Positions 1 through 9,086 of a stretch of DNA of 43,543 bases are shown here, in pieces. The stretch lies in the IMG/VR virus record IMGVR_UViG_3300020044_003057, positions 1 to 43,543 of that record; one strand, 5' to 3'. A program made the translations under genes and the position numbers. The notes under the pieces are model-generated. The model searched no databases, was not told where the DNA came from, and saw only the letters and a program-made list of their open reading frames with translations. This DNA comes from a virus. Taxonomy: Duplodnaviria > Caudoviricetes. How positions within the stretch are numbered: position 1 is the stretch's first letter; the number at the start of each line of letters is the position of its first letter.

Positions 1-172
1 CGTCGATTACTTCGGGACACCAGACAGTTATCGCTTCAACAGTTCCGTCATCATGGTCAGTACAACCACCTTGTAACTGTTCCAGCACCTCAAGCGCCAG
101 CTTCAATGCTTCACGTTCCATGCCATCTAGCTTGTCCCGCGCCGCAGCGCGTTTGCTTTCGTAGCCTGTCAT
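1..172 (-). CDS. Hypothetical early protein (partial, runs off the left end; MTGYESKRAAARDKL...)
   Basis: ATG at 172 overlaps the stop of the 169..384 ORF (ATGA coupling); open to position 1. Confidence 0.7.
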   Translation of the reverse strand, partial: MTGYESKRAAARDKLDGMEREALKLALEVLEQLQGGCTDHDDGTVEAITVWCPEVID

Positions 173-384
173 GCACTGCTCCTTGGTAGTTCAACGTTAA
201 TACAAGTGCCTTCAAGTAAAGTAATCTTGCCTTGGTTAGCTTCATTGGAAATTACAGTCATGTAAGCCTTTTGCAGATCAATTGATGCTCTGCAACTAGC
301 TTCTGTTTTATGTGGCGTTTGACCCTGCATGAAGTTACAAGTCTCGGCTATGCACACAAACAAAACGGGAATGTAGATAGTCAT
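169..384 (-). CDS. Hypothetical Cys-containing small protein
   Basis: 71 aa; ATGA-coupled on both sides. Confidence 0.75.
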   Translation of the reverse strand: MTIYIPVLFVCIAETCNFMQGQTPHKTEASCRASIDLQKAYMTVISNEANQGKITLLEGTCINVELPRSSA

Positions 385-641
385 GTTGTCCCCCTTGCTG
401 TGATTTCATCATGTATATCCTTGAGTGCGCCGTAAGTCATCTCACACGCTATTTCCCCAGCGCTTGAATTGCCTACTGGTATTTCGTACCGGTCAATGAT
501 TTTGAGGCAGGCCTCACGCTCTGCCGCCACCGCAACTGCAACAGTCTTTTCAAGCGCTTTAATCGCTTCTTGCTTTGCGTCTTCAACGCCCGTGATGTAG
601 CTTTTCATCATTAGCTTTATAAGTTCGTCTTGATGACTCAT
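381..641 (-). CDS. Hypothetical early protein (AEREAC...ARGTT type)
   Basis: 86 aa; ATGA coupling; motif shared with 817..1083. Confidence 0.8.
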   Translation of the reverse strand: MSHQDELIKLMMKSYITGVEDAKQEAIKALEKTVAVAVAAEREACLKIIDRYEIPVGNSSAGEIACEMTYGALKDIHDEITARGTT

Positions 642-820
642 GTTGTTACTCCTAGCATTTCAGATACATCTTCAACTTTCACGTAGTCATATTCATTTGT
701 GGCTTTCAACTGCTCCGCAATTTCAAGTGCTTCATCTAGCGTTTCATGTTGAGAATGCACGTTCCCCAAACCCCCGCAGGGATAATATTGACTCCACGCT
801 AATACCCAAAATAATGTCAT
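638..820 (-). CDS. Hypothetical protein (MTLFWVLAWSQYYP..., 60 aa)
   Basis: Likely start is the ATG at 820 coupled to the stop at 817-819, not the track start at 946. Confidence 0.75.
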   Translation of the reverse strand: MTLFWVLAWSQYYPCGGLGNVHSQHETLDEALEIAEQLKATNEYDYVKVEDVSEMLGVTT

Positions 821-1083
821 GTTGTTCCCCTTGCACGGATTGCGTTTGCTAGGCCCATTGCCGTTGCAGCAGAAAGCGATTTCTTGGTTCCCTTCCAAAT
901 ACCTATGTCGATAGGTATTTCTGCTGTCTCGCACAGCAATGCACACTCCTCACGCTCATGTGCTGCTACCAAGTTCGCAAAGGCTTCAAGGTCTTCCCAA
1001 TTACCAACTACACCATCAATACCCGGCGCTTGCTCTTGGTATGTCCTAAGCCCCGCTTGCTTTGCTAGTTCAATCATGTTCAT
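817..1083 (-). CDS. Hypothetical early protein (ELAKQAG...AHEREEC...ARGTT)
   Basis: 88 aa; ATGA coupling; resembles neighbours. Confidence 0.8.
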   Translation of the reverse strand: MNMIELAKQAGLRTYQEQAPGIDGVVGNWEDLEAFANLVAAHEREECALLCETAEIPIDIGIWKGTKKSLSAATAMGLANAIRARGTT

Positions 1084-1301
1084 GCTTCAACTCCAAAATG
1101 TTTTTCAATATCATCGGTGATTTGGATAACATCGTTATCACCTACACCGTTGGGTTGATTGATTATGTAGATACATTCCTTCACAATCAACTCGGCAAAC
1201 TTTTCCAAATTATCAGAGAGAGTTCCGGTGGTATATGTGCCGCCTAATGAGTTAAATTCAAAGCCAGCCTGCTCAGCAAGTTCTTTAACTCGTTCGTTCA
1301 T
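1080..1301 (-). CDS. Hypothetical early protein (MNERVKELAEQAG...LEKFAELIVKEC)
   Basis: ATG at 1301 coupled to the upstream stop; motif shared with 817..1083. Confidence 0.8.
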   Translation of the reverse strand: MNERVKELAEQAGFEFNSLGGTYTTGTLSDNLEKFAELIVKECIYIINQPNGVGDNDVIQITDDIEKHFGVEA

Positions 1302-1456
1302 TTGTGCCACCATGCTGCAAACAACATACCGATTACACCGGCTACAGCAACTATGGCGATCAGCAGCTTCACGGATGCAAACACTTCGTCTGCTGAATTT
1401 GGGTCATGCAGTTCGGGCATTTCTTTGTTCATATAGGCTTTGTCTACTTCGTTCAT
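1298..1456 (-). CDS. Small membrane protein (52 aa, one C-terminal TM helix)
   Basis: ATG at 1456 with AGGAG RBS; hydrophobic LLIAIVAVAGVIGMLFAAWW. Confidence 0.7.
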   Translation of the reverse strand: MNEVDKAYMNKEMPELHDPNSADEVFASVKLLIAIVAVAGVIGMLFAAWWHK

Positions 1457-1677
1457 TTGACACGCTCCTTGAGCATTGCGTCTGCAATCAAATAGGCGCA
1501 TTTGGCAATGTCAGTAAAACAATATGAACTTTTATACACAAAACCCTGCATAGCCAGCCCCGCAAAGTGGTCACGCATGGTCATGTCCTTTGCGTAGCCG
1601 CCGGTCTTCACTAGCCAGTCGGTGTACTGCTTGGGAATCGTTTCATCAATCGTTTCATCAATCGTTTCATTCCTCAT
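1453..1677 (-). CDS. Hypothetical phage protein (MTMRDHFAGLAMQG...AYLIADAMLKER family)
   Basis: Motif characteristic of a widespread small phage protein; ATGA coupling. Confidence 0.85.
   Translation of the reverse strand: MRNETIDETIDETIPKQYTDWLVKTGGYAKDMTMRDHFAGLAMQGFVYKSSYCFTDIAKCAYLIADAMLKERVK
1636..1670. repeat. 12-bp tandem repeat (AATCGTTTCATC, about 3 copies) encoding ETID-ETID-ETI
   Basis: Read directly from sequence. Confidence 0.9.
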
Positions 1678-1868
1678 TTGTATTCCTCGATTCGTGTGTT
1701 AAGTCGTTCAATACGGGTAGTGTTGTAGTTCACGATACTCTGTGCATACTCCACAGCAGTCTCAGCTTCCAACTTGCGCAAGTGCGCGTCAGCCAACTCG
1801 GATGCAATCATCTCCAAGGGGGTCGGCTTCTTAAACGGTTCGCGTAGTAACTCCATTAACTTATTCAT
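1674..1868 (-). CDS. Hypothetical coiled-coil protein
   Basis: 64 aa; coupled to the downstream gene. Confidence 0.8.
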   Translation of the reverse strand: MNKLMELLREPFKKPTPLEMIASELADAHLRKLEAETAVEYAQSIVNYNTTRIERLNTRIEEYK

Positions 1869-1875
1869 GTAGTGC

Positions 1876-2388
1876 TCACTTAAAGAATTGATTGAGTTTG
1901 TCGCGCAGTTCCTTAGCTTGCAGTATGGTCAAGTTCTCAATGAATGCATTGACATCGAAAGCAGGGTCGCGTTTAACAACAGGCGCGGCATGATAGGTGC
2001 GCGGTTTTACCACCTTCTTGGCTTTCTTACTAGCTACGCTCTTAGGTACACCCTTGCCATACACAAGCGGGTACACATCACCCACGGCATACCATCTACG
2101 TACTCCGTTGCTGTCTGCATTACGGATAACCTTGCCCCCAGTTAGCATCTGATTAAGCCGCGTCGATACGCCAGCAGCGTACTGCGGAAGTCCTTCCTCA
2201 ACCTCCTTGGTTGTAACGCCAGTCTTGCTCTTGACATACGCCCATATAGTTTGGGTTACGTTGACCTTATTATCTACCAGCACCACCTCGGGGGCAGCAG
2301 CCGAAGCGCCTACGTCATCGTCAAAGGTTAAGTTATTAAGTGTCATCATGGGGATTACTTTCTGTAGTGCGGTTTGGATTGATGGCAT
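1876..2388 (-). CDS. Putative winged-helix DNA-binding protein
   Basis: IWAYVKSKTGVTTKEVEEGL...VSTRLNQMLTGGKVIR...RWY fits a wHTH pattern; basic linker follows. Confidence 0.6.
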   Translation of the reverse strand: MPSIQTALQKVIPMMTLNNLTFDDDVGASAAAPEVVLVDNKVNVTQTIWAYVKSKTGVTTKEVEEGLPQYAAGVSTRLNQMLTGGKVIRNADSNGVRRWYAVGDVYPLVYGKGVPKSVASKKAKKVVKPRTYHAAPVVKRDPAFDVNAFIENLTILQAKELRDKLNQFFK

Positions 2389-2390
2389 GG

Positions 2391-2564
2391 TTAGTCACCT
2401 TGAATCATCTTCTTGCGAAGTTCGTTCATTGCATCCTTGAAGTTTGTTTGGGCTTGCTCTAAGGCTTCCTGCTGCTCTTGCATACGTAGGTATGCTTCTG
2501 TACAGAAGTCAGCCAAGTTCTTGTTAGACCAAGAGGCGAAGTTAGGTATGTCTTTGGTTTCCAT
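2391..2564 (-). CDS. Hypothetical protein (METKDIPNFASWSNKNLADFCTEAY..., 57 aa; not in ORF track)
   Basis: Translated by hand; AGGA RBS upstream; fills the gap between neighbours. Confidence 0.75.
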   Translation of the reverse strand: METKDIPNFASWSNKNLADFCTEAYLRMQEQQEALEQAQTNFKDAMNELRKKMIQGD

Positions 2565-2691
2565 GTGATTTTCCTAGTGGGTCAAGTCCCAAGTGCATCA
2601 TCAGATTAACAAGGCGGGACTCAATCCTTGTAATCCGTTCGTTCATCGCTTCAAGAAGTTCGAACAACTCGTTAACATCAGCTTCAGACAT
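2542..2691 (-). CDS. Hypothetical coiled-coil peptide (MSEADVNELFELL..., 49 aa)
   Basis: ATG at 2691 overlaps the end of the upstream gene; GGGGA RBS. Confidence 0.65.
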   Translation of the reverse strand: MSEADVNELFELLEAMNERITRIESRLVNLMMHLGLDPLGKSHGNQRHT

Positions 2692-3343
2692 TGAAAGTCC
2701 CCTGTGCAGTAGACATGAATCGTGCAGTCGTAGCTGCTGCAATTGCTGCGTCAGTATCCACACTAGCCAAGGCTTGCTGCGCTGCGCTTGCCTTCACCTC
2801 GCGCTCAACCTTGCGGTTAACACGATCTAAGTACTGCTTAGGTATATAGACACTAACAGCAGGCCACAGCTTGAGTGCCTCATTAAGTGACTTGCAAGAC
2901 TGCAAGAAGGTAGTGATCTGTAGCTTAACCTTTTCCCATCGGGCTTTGATCTCCATCATTTCCCTTGCGTGTTTAACAGTAGCCGCCATGGGTGGGTATG
3001 CATCCTCTTCAACATAGACATCGTGACGATACCTAGAGAACCCCGGTGGGCTCAACATGGGGTAAGTAAACTTTACGGTGTACATTACGTCCCACGAAGT
3101 ACCCTCATGCTCAAGCTTAACCCGCATATTCACTGAGTTATTCTCAACCAACCATTCTTTTGGCATTTGATTCCTCAAGCCAATGTGCTGGCCCCATACA
3201 AGCTGCACAATATCATCCGGTGCTTCATGTACATTTACCTCAGTCTCAGGCTTAGTAAACGCATTCTCCTCAGCCTCTTTCATCCGTGCGATCTCACGCT
3301 TAACTGCCTGTATAAAGTCGCTAGAAATTCCTACGTATGCCAT
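2684..3343 (-). CDS. Nmad5-like protein (nucleotide-modification-associated domain 5)
   Basis: 219 aa; C-terminal 'FLQSCKSLNEALKLWP..YIP' resembles the Nmad5 signature. Confidence 0.55.
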   Translation of the reverse strand: MAYVGISSDFIQAVKREIARMKEAEENAFTKPETEVNVHEAPDDIVQLVWGQHIGLRNQMPKEWLVENNSVNMRVKLEHEGTSWDVMYTVKFTYPMLSPPGFSRYRHDVYVEEDAYPPMAATVKHAREMMEIKARWEKVKLQITTFLQSCKSLNEALKLWPAVSVYIPKQYLDRVNRKVEREVKASAAQQALASVDTDAAIAAATTARFMSTAQGTFNV

Positions 3344-3344
3344 A

Positions 3345-3917
3345 TTAATTCTCCAATTCAGTAAGTTCGATGTTGTTACTATTCATCCATTCAGATACCA
3401 CCTCGTCGCTGGTCAAGTGATCGTATTCCTCAAGCAGCTTTCTATACAACCCCTTCATGCCTTTTCGTAAGCCCTCCTTTATTTCTTCACATATGCCAAG
3501 TAAATCAAACGTGTTCATTACGTTACGCCACATGTCGTGCCTCATTGGTTCCTCTTCTTCGTCGTAAGGGTTGAGGCTAAACCATATCTGATCGTCGTAA
3601 ACCACGCTGCGCTCATGGGTGTAAAGGCCTGCCTGTTTCCAACTTAGCTTCCACTCTGCGTCTGCAATGTGATGTAGTGTCGGGTTGTCGTATCCTAGAT
3701 GCAATAGGTATAAACCCCAATCATATACATGTCCCTCGTAGCACGCTCCGTCCCCCTGTCCGCCGTGTAGGGAGTAGTAAACATCCCCCACAGTAATTCC
3801 TATCTTGAGCATCTCTACCTTAAAGTCATGCTTTATGTGTTCACTCCAGTCCTCCCACCCTACAAGCACATCACGGTACTTGTCGATGTGTTCCTTTTGG
3901 TACAACCTTGTATTCAT
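3345..3917 (-). CDS. Conserved hypothetical phage/plasmid protein (QGDGACY.G...LYRKL.EEYDHLTSDE)
   Basis: Start at ATG 3917 with GGAAGG RBS (190 aa); motif familiar from mobile-element proteins. Confidence 0.75.
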   Translation of the reverse strand: MNTRLYQKEHIDKYRDVLVGWEDWSEHIKHDFKVEMLKIGITVGDVYYSLHGGQGDGACYEGHVYDWGLYLLHLGYDNPTLHHIADAEWKLSWKQAGLYTHERSVVYDDQIWFSLNPYDEEEEPMRHDMWRNVMNTFDLLGICEEIKEGLRKGMKGLYRKLLEEYDHLTSDEVVSEWMNSNNIELTELEN

Positions 3918-4710
3918 AGCTTCCTTCCGTTTGTGAGTAAATAAGTCTGCGAAGTGCGCGTAAGCCTGCTTCAATTGCGTTTTCCTTAATCGTATTAATA
4001 CGTTCTTCTTCACTAAACGAACGCCATACGCCGTTGATATGCCCGCTATGTCTTGGGAAGACACACTTGGTCAACCCGACGCGAAACAATAGGATAGCAT
4101 CGTCACCCAAGGGGTCTTGGTAGTTAATGCCTTGCAAATTATTAGACACTACATCTTTTCTAGTGTGGTAGTTCAACGCCGCCTTAGCCATCTCATCGAA
4201 CATACCAAGCCGCGTTGATACCTTTGCCAAGTGGCGTATTGCTGATGTCCCATTTTTAGCAATTGTCTTAGCTTCCTTGGCGACTAATTTGGATACATCA
4301 TCGGGCACATTGTGGTACGCAATAGGTACGCCACGATAGTCAAGCTGAACTTGTAAGCCGGGCGCATAGGGTATTGAGTCACGCCCTACTAACGGGCTGA
4401 TACGTATGGTATTCAGCTTGTTACGATGACGCGACTTATCGGAATAAACAAACATACCGACTGCTGCTGACAACCTGTAACACTTTGTCACACTTAAGGC
4501 AAGACTATGCAGCGTCACCAGATTGTTTGGCGCTACAGTAAACATCAACTCCTTGCTGCCCCGGTTGTAGTGAACTTCAAAGTTGTCACCCCGCTTGGTC
4601 AGTAGGCAGTCACGGAAGATAACCTTGGCGTCACCCCTACGTCGAGCGAACAGCGCCTCGTAGTCTTTGTACGTTCGCGCTTGCTTATATTTCATATCAG
4701 TTGGCATCAC
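3871..4710 (-). CDS. Hypothetical protein
   Basis: 279 aa directly after the vWA gene; no recognisable motif. Confidence 0.8.
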   Translation of the reverse strand: MMPTDMKYKQARTYKDYEALFARRRGDAKVIFRDCLLTKRGDNFEVHYNRGSKELMFTVAPNNLVTLHSLALSVTKCYRLSAAVGMFVYSDKSRHRNKLNTIRISPLVGRDSIPYAPGLQVQLDYRGVPIAYHNVPDDVSKLVAKEAKTIAKNGTSAIRHLAKVSTRLGMFDEMAKAALNYHTRKDVVSNNLQGINYQDPLGDDAILLFRVGLTKCVFPRHSGHINGVWRSFSEEERINTIKENAIEAGLRALRRLIYSQTEGSYEYKVVPKGTHRQVP

Positions 4711-4713
4711 AAT

Positions 4714-5835
4714 TTACTCCATCGCAAAGTGTACGTTCTCGCCATGCGGCGCTACAACATCGCTGCTGATACACCACACCACGGGATAGCCGGGGTCATC
4801 GCCGAAGTCGGTATAGCCATCGGTCAAGCACACGAACAACTCAGGCTCGATGCCATGCTCGGCACAGTAGTCGAACCCTGCTGGCATATGCGTACCGCCG
4901 CCGGAATAGAACGACAGACTGACCTCCTCGCCGCACTCGAACTCGTCGTGACGTACAACCTGTGTGTCGGTGTACAGAACATGAACGCTCTCGGGCCGCG
5001 CTTGCTCGATGATGCGTGATAGGTGACCGTTGTAGTAATCTAACTCGCGCTTGGACACCGATCCAGACACGTCAACTTGCACAACAAGTGCGCCCATCTG
5101 TGGGAACTTATCTATGCTGGGCATGTACACATCGGTATACCGCTTGCTAGGACGCCGCCATGACTGACCCTGACGCACACAGCTAGTCATGTACTTCTCG
5201 ACGATCTCATACCAAGGCGTCTTGACATCGAGTACCTCTGCGACGATATCTGCCAACGTACCTGATAACTTACCCTGCATCTTGGCAGCTTGGGCAGCCT
5301 CGGCTATCTGTACCTTGATCTCACCGTCGATCGCACGTTCCTCGTCCTTGGTCATAGGCTTGCTGCCCTCACCAACGCCATCGGTGTAATGCACATCGTC
5401 GCCAAGGCCATCGCTACCACCACTGTCATCGTCAGGCAGTCGGTCATAGATATTCTCTACAGTGTCGTCCTTGGAGCCCGGCATATTTACGCAGCCCGGT
5501 ATACGCTCACCCATCTTGGCCTCATCAAGCGTGTCGTTAATCCACGCATCACCAGCCCAGTTCCACTTCTTGCGGTTACGTGTACCTACACGCAGAGCGT
5601 GCTGGCCTACGACATGGAACACCTCATGACACAAGCCCCACACTAGCTGCTGCACAGTAAGCGTAGCCACGAAGTCAGGGTTGTAATAGATACGCGCCTT
5701 ACCATCTACTGCCAATGTAGGTATCTCCTTGGTCTCAATGAACGGACGCCGTAGCAGTATGCTTGCCACGAACGGATGGTCGAGCACGATCAATGACCGC
5801 GCCTTGTCCATGTTACTTGCCTTCTTAATTAGCAT
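4714..5835 (-). CDS. DUF2201-type metallopeptidase + vWA domain protein
   Basis: HEVFH zincin motif, acidic Gly linker, MIDAS DVSGS...GGGT...LTDG. Confidence 0.9.
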   Translation of the reverse strand: MLIKKASNMDKARSLIVLDHPFVASILLRRPFIETKEIPTLAVDGKARIYYNPDFVATLTVQQLVWGLCHEVFHVVGQHALRVGTRNRKKWNWAGDAWINDTLDEAKMGERIPGCVNMPGSKDDTVENIYDRLPDDDSGGSDGLGDDVHYTDGVGEGSKPMTKDEERAIDGEIKVQIAEAAQAAKMQGKLSGTLADIVAEVLDVKTPWYEIVEKYMTSCVRQGQSWRRPSKRYTDVYMPSIDKFPQMGALVVQVDVSGSVSKRELDYYNGHLSRIIEQARPESVHVLYTDTQVVRHDEFECGEEVSLSFYSGGGTHMPAGFDYCAEHGIEPELFVCLTDGYTDFGDDPGYPVVWCISSDVVAPHGENVHFAME

Positions 5836-6046
5836 TGTGTTTCTCCTTTAGTTTGTTAACCTCAATATTGCCTGCCGCATCCCGCTTGACACTTACCCTG
5901 TTGTCAGCAACACCACGCAGGGCATCCATCAGTTGCAGCATTGCCTCTCTCAGTTGATCTGTCTCACGCCACTGCATGTACACAACAAAGCACAAGTACG
6001 TGACTGCGACAAGTAGCACTAGTTCCAACTCGGATAGAGTAATCAT
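5825..6046 (-). CDS. Small membrane-anchored protein
   Basis: N-terminal TM helix, then a helical soluble tail. Confidence 0.75.
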   Translation of the reverse strand: MITLSELELVLLVAVTYLCFVVYMQWRETDQLREAMLQLMDALRGVADNRVSVKRDAAGNIEVNKLKEKHNAN

Positions 6047-6918
6047 CGGTACAGCGCTCCCATCTGACGTGCGATCTCGTCAAGCTTCTTGGCAGCCTGC
6101 TCCCGCACAATGGGCGACTCGCGTAGTACGTTAGTGCCTGTATACACGTTCACTGCGGACGACAAGGTATTAATCATCTGCGTGATCTCAGGGTCGTCGG
6201 ACACGTTCAGCTTCTTGGCACGGTTGATGTTCTCTACCACGTTCTCGATGGCAGACTCGCGGAAGATAGAACCCTCAGTACCAATGGGCTTGTTCAGCTT
6301 CTCAACCAAGTGACCTAGTGGCTCAAGCATCATCTTGATAGTCTCGTTACGTGCGCCCTGCTCTATGGTTGTCATCATGTCGGTGAACGCTGACTTGTCG
6401 TCCTCGCTGATGTCGAACAAGAAGTGACTGGCGTCTGGTAACGGGCTGAACCTCAAGTCAAATCCGATACGGGATTCGAACTCCTGCGCCGTAGGGTAGT
6501 CCTCAAGTTTGGCGCGGCTATTGGGGCTCATGCTGCGCTGTTGGATATCAAGCTGCACATACTTGTCGTAGTTAGGCATATGCATTGCCTTCATGTTATC
6601 CACAGCCGCAATGACACCACGCATTAAGCTGGAGTAATCGAAGTACTGTACGTTTGGCAGGATGCGCGGCCCCTTGTCCGCGTAGGGTAGTGTGTTCTCC
6701 TTGTGCTTGGTGTATACCTCGCTGACCTTGGTCATAAGCTGGTTGATAGGGTTGGACTTGTCGCGGAACAGCTTGCTGCTTACGATCAGGGATGTGTCGT
6801 CCAGTTGATTCTGCACGAACGATTCAGCCACAGTGTCGCGCCGTGATAGGTTAGCCCTACGTACGGTTAGCTTGACTAGCATTGCTTTGGCATTGAGGGG
6901 GGTGACGTTAAGTTCCAT
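6043..6918 (-). CDS. DUF3150-like protein
   Basis: 291 aa; TLPY.DKGPRILP, YPT..EF and F.PLP motifs; position between AAA and vWA genes; AAGGAG RBS. Confidence 0.6.
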   Translation of the reverse strand: MELNVTPLNAKAMLVKLTVRRANLSRRDTVAESFVQNQLDDTSLIVSSKLFRDKSNPINQLMTKVSEVYTKHKENTLPYADKGPRILPNVQYFDYSSLMRGVIAAVDNMKAMHMPNYDKYVQLDIQQRSMSPNSRAKLEDYPTAQEFESRIGFDLRFSPLPDASHFLFDISEDDKSAFTDMMTTIEQGARNETIKMMLEPLGHLVEKLNKPIGTEGSIFRESAIENVVENINRAKKLNVSDDPEITQMINTLSSAVNVYTGTNVLRESPIVREQAAKKLDEIARQMGALYR

Positions 6919-6938
6919 GATGATGTTCTCCTTGGTTG

Positions 6939-7943
6939 TTACAGATAAGTATTGCCATTAGCTACAGTCCACTTGACATACGCCTTGGTGTTACGCACAC
7001 CGGGCTCCTTGCGCATCGCATCCATGATGTACATGGTTTGGAAGTCTTGAGGCATACGCTCGATGAACTCCATGCAGCGGTCGAAGTTGTCCTTGTTAGT
7101 ACGATGGGCGATCGCACCAGCCAGCGCGAAGCGCACCGCAGGGTCAGCAGGAACGTCTGCCTTGGCAGGATTCATGAGCAGCCCGTCGATGTTGGGCAGT
7201 GACTCAAAGATACGCTTGAACCCTGTGTACTCGGCAGCAGAGCCCTCGCCTACGCACCCAGCCACGTTGGCAAAGTACAAGTCAGTGGGCAGCGTCTCCT
7301 CGATCTGATTGACCATCTCCCAAGAACGTGGTGTCGGGTTGATCTTGCGGTTGGGGTCGAAGTCAGACAGCAGTGAAGGACGGAAGCGCAGGAACTGAAT
7401 GATCTTCAGGTCAATACCCTTGTCGAAAGCCCACAAGCACCAGTCGTCAAGATTCTCGTCGAAGGTCAGCGTCTGCATACGATTGCCTAGCTTGGTACTC
7501 ATGCGGGTAGCCCCAGACTTGTCCTCTGTGCGATTACCTGTGGCAATGATGTGCAGCTTGCTATGCAGCTTGAGTTCGCCCGCATACCTGTCCAAGATAA
7601 CTCGGCACATGGGGTTTTGCATCGGCATGGGCGCATCGGATAACTCCTCGATGATGAGCGCACACGGCTCGTCAGTACCATCGTCACGGATGCGGTAGAA
7701 CTCGGGCATCGGTATCCACTTGGCTACATCGGCATCGGTACGCGGCACACCCATGATGTCCACGGGGTCACGAAGCGATGGGTTGAACTCGGTAACACGG
7801 TTGGGGTTGATGCCAAGCTGGGAGATGATTTCCCGTGCAAGTGAGGACTTGCCGCCGCCCGGGCGACCCTCGATGTTGGGCACAAGCTGGCTACCCTTGG
7901 CGAAGTTGGCAAGGCAGGATTGGAGTATGTCTGAATATCGCAT
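6939..7943 (-). CDS. MoxR/CbbQ-like AAA+ ATPase
   Basis: Walker A GRPGGGKS, Walker B ALIIEE, TGNR sensor, PTPRSW. Confidence 0.9.
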   Translation of the reverse strand: MRYSDILQSCLANFAKGSQLVPNIEGRPGGGKSSLAREIISQLGINPNRVTEFNPSLRDPVDIMGVPRTDADVAKWIPMPEFYRIRDDGTDEPCALIIEELSDAPMPMQNPMCRVILDRYAGELKLHSKLHIIATGNRTEDKSGATRMSTKLGNRMQTLTFDENLDDWCLWAFDKGIDLKIIQFLRFRPSLLSDFDPNRKINPTPRSWEMVNQIEETLPTDLYFANVAGCVGEGSAAEYTGFKRIFESLPNIDGLLMNPAKADVPADPAVRFALAGAIAHRTNKDNFDRCMEFIERMPQDFQTMYIMDAMRKEPGVRNTKAYVKWTVANGNTYL

Positions 7944-8065
7944 AAGGTCTTTCAATAAGTAAGTTAAGGTCAGGGTTTACCCTTACGGGCGTCTACGGGC
8001 ACAAGTTCTACGCTTGTGTTCAATTTAATGCTGTAGTTTGGGTAGCTCAGCTCATGAGCCGGTCG

Positions 8066-8188
8066 CTAGTCGGTTGTCCACCATCGGCGCACTACTTCCC
8101 GCGCATCGAGTCGGGTTGCAAACCATATTGCTAAGTCTCGGTCTATGTCCTGCATTAGGTGGGCGCTGTCCCATACGTTGTTAGTCAT
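8066..8188 (-). CDS. Small hypothetical protein (MTNNVWDSAHLMQDIDRDLAIWFATRLDAREVVRRWWTTD; not in ORF track)
   Basis: 40 codons; start overlaps the end of the upstream gene. Confidence 0.6.
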   Translation of the reverse strand: MTNNVWDSAHLMQDIDRDLAIWFATRLDAREVVRRWWTTD

Positions 8189-8381
8189 GCGGTTTTCCGA
8201 ACGTGATAGGTGGATGCTCTGCCTTGATGGTGAATCCAAGGGCAATGATGTTGTGGATGTCCCGTGGGGTCAAAGTCTTTTGGTGCAGCATTTGGGCAAA
8301 CAGCTTGGACTTCTCACACTTAGGGTAGATACGCATCTCCCCGTATTTGTCGCGGGGCTCTACTATTAGTTGGGTGTTCAT
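8181..8381 (-). CDS. Hypothetical protein (MNTQLIVEPRDKYGEMRIYPKCEKSKLFA...KTLT)
   Basis: ATG at 8381 with AGGAG RBS; YG...YP.C..S.LFA..KTLT is a recurring phage motif. Confidence 0.8.
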   Translation of the reverse strand: MNTQLIVEPRDKYGEMRIYPKCEKSKLFAQMLHQKTLTPRDIHNIIALGFTIKAEHPPITFGKPHD

Positions 8382-8560
8382 TCGTCTTCTCCTTTGTTCA
8401 GGTATACAGTGAAAAGGTATCCGGCGTTCATGCCAGCCCACACTAGGCCAGCGTTGAATACCCAGCCTTCCCCACCCCAACACAGGAACAGGAAGCTAGT
8501 GGCTAGGATGGCGATGCCGATGTCGGCAATCACCTCTGATTTGGATGTGGTGTATGTCAT
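8378..8560 (-). CDS. Small two-TM membrane protein
   Basis: 60 aa, two hydrophobic segments; coupled. Confidence 0.7.
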   Translation of the reverse strand: MTYTTSKSEVIADIGIAILATSFLFLCWGGEGWVFNAGLVWAGMNAGYLFTVYLNKGEDE

Positions 8561-8751
8561 TTCAGTTCCTCTGTAAATTTGAGTATGGCCTTATCAAGTT
8601 GCTTTTGTACGTAGGACATGTGGCGGATGGTGTCTATCGTGTCGTCAGGGCCAAGCCCAGCTTTCAGCATACTGCGCATCTGCTCCCTCCACTGCTGGTC
8701 GAGGTGCTTCACCTCATGTAAGGCCACTTGTATGGCTACTTTGTTGTTCAT
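8557..8751 (-). CDS. Hypothetical protein (MNNKVAIQVAL..., 64 aa)
   Basis: ATG at 8751 with GGAG RBS, coupled to the upstream stop. Confidence 0.7.
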   Translation of the reverse strand: MNNKVAIQVALHEVKHLDQQWREQMRSMLKAGLGPDDTIDTIRHMSYVQKQLDKAILKFTEELK

Positions 8752-8909
8752 GCTTGCTCTCCAAAGTTGGGCTCGTCGGTCATAAAGGGGTTGGCGGGTC
8801 GGTAGGGCAGTTGTTGCCAAGGCTCGGGGGATTCAATCCGTGCGTAGTTGGGCTCGATGATGATGAAGCTGGATTCGTCGATTTCCAAGAAGATGAGGTC
8901 GTTAAGCAT
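8748..8909 (-). CDS. Small acidic protein (MLNDLIFLEIDESSFIIIEPNY..., 53 aa; not in ORF track)
   Basis: GGAG RBS; TGA overlaps the next ATG. Confidence 0.7.
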   Translation of the reverse strand: MLNDLIFLEIDESSFIIIEPNYARIESPEPWQQLPYRPANPFMTDEPNFGEQA

Positions 8910-9086
8910 GTAGTGCTCCAGTTGAGTAAGTAAGTTGAAGGAACTCCCGCCATTCCGCTTGACTGCGCGAATTTAATGTGTTATGCTTCAGCCATAGGCT
9001 GAAGTAGATGTGAAAGAGAATGACGCAGCCGATGCCGCGCATGATAGGTGAAGATACTTATTTATTCTTATAGCATCTCGCACTGG

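Noticed and set aside
3345-3917. Calling this protein an antitoxin, as similar proteins are sometimes labelled
   Set aside because: No cognate toxin and no sequence evidence for that function
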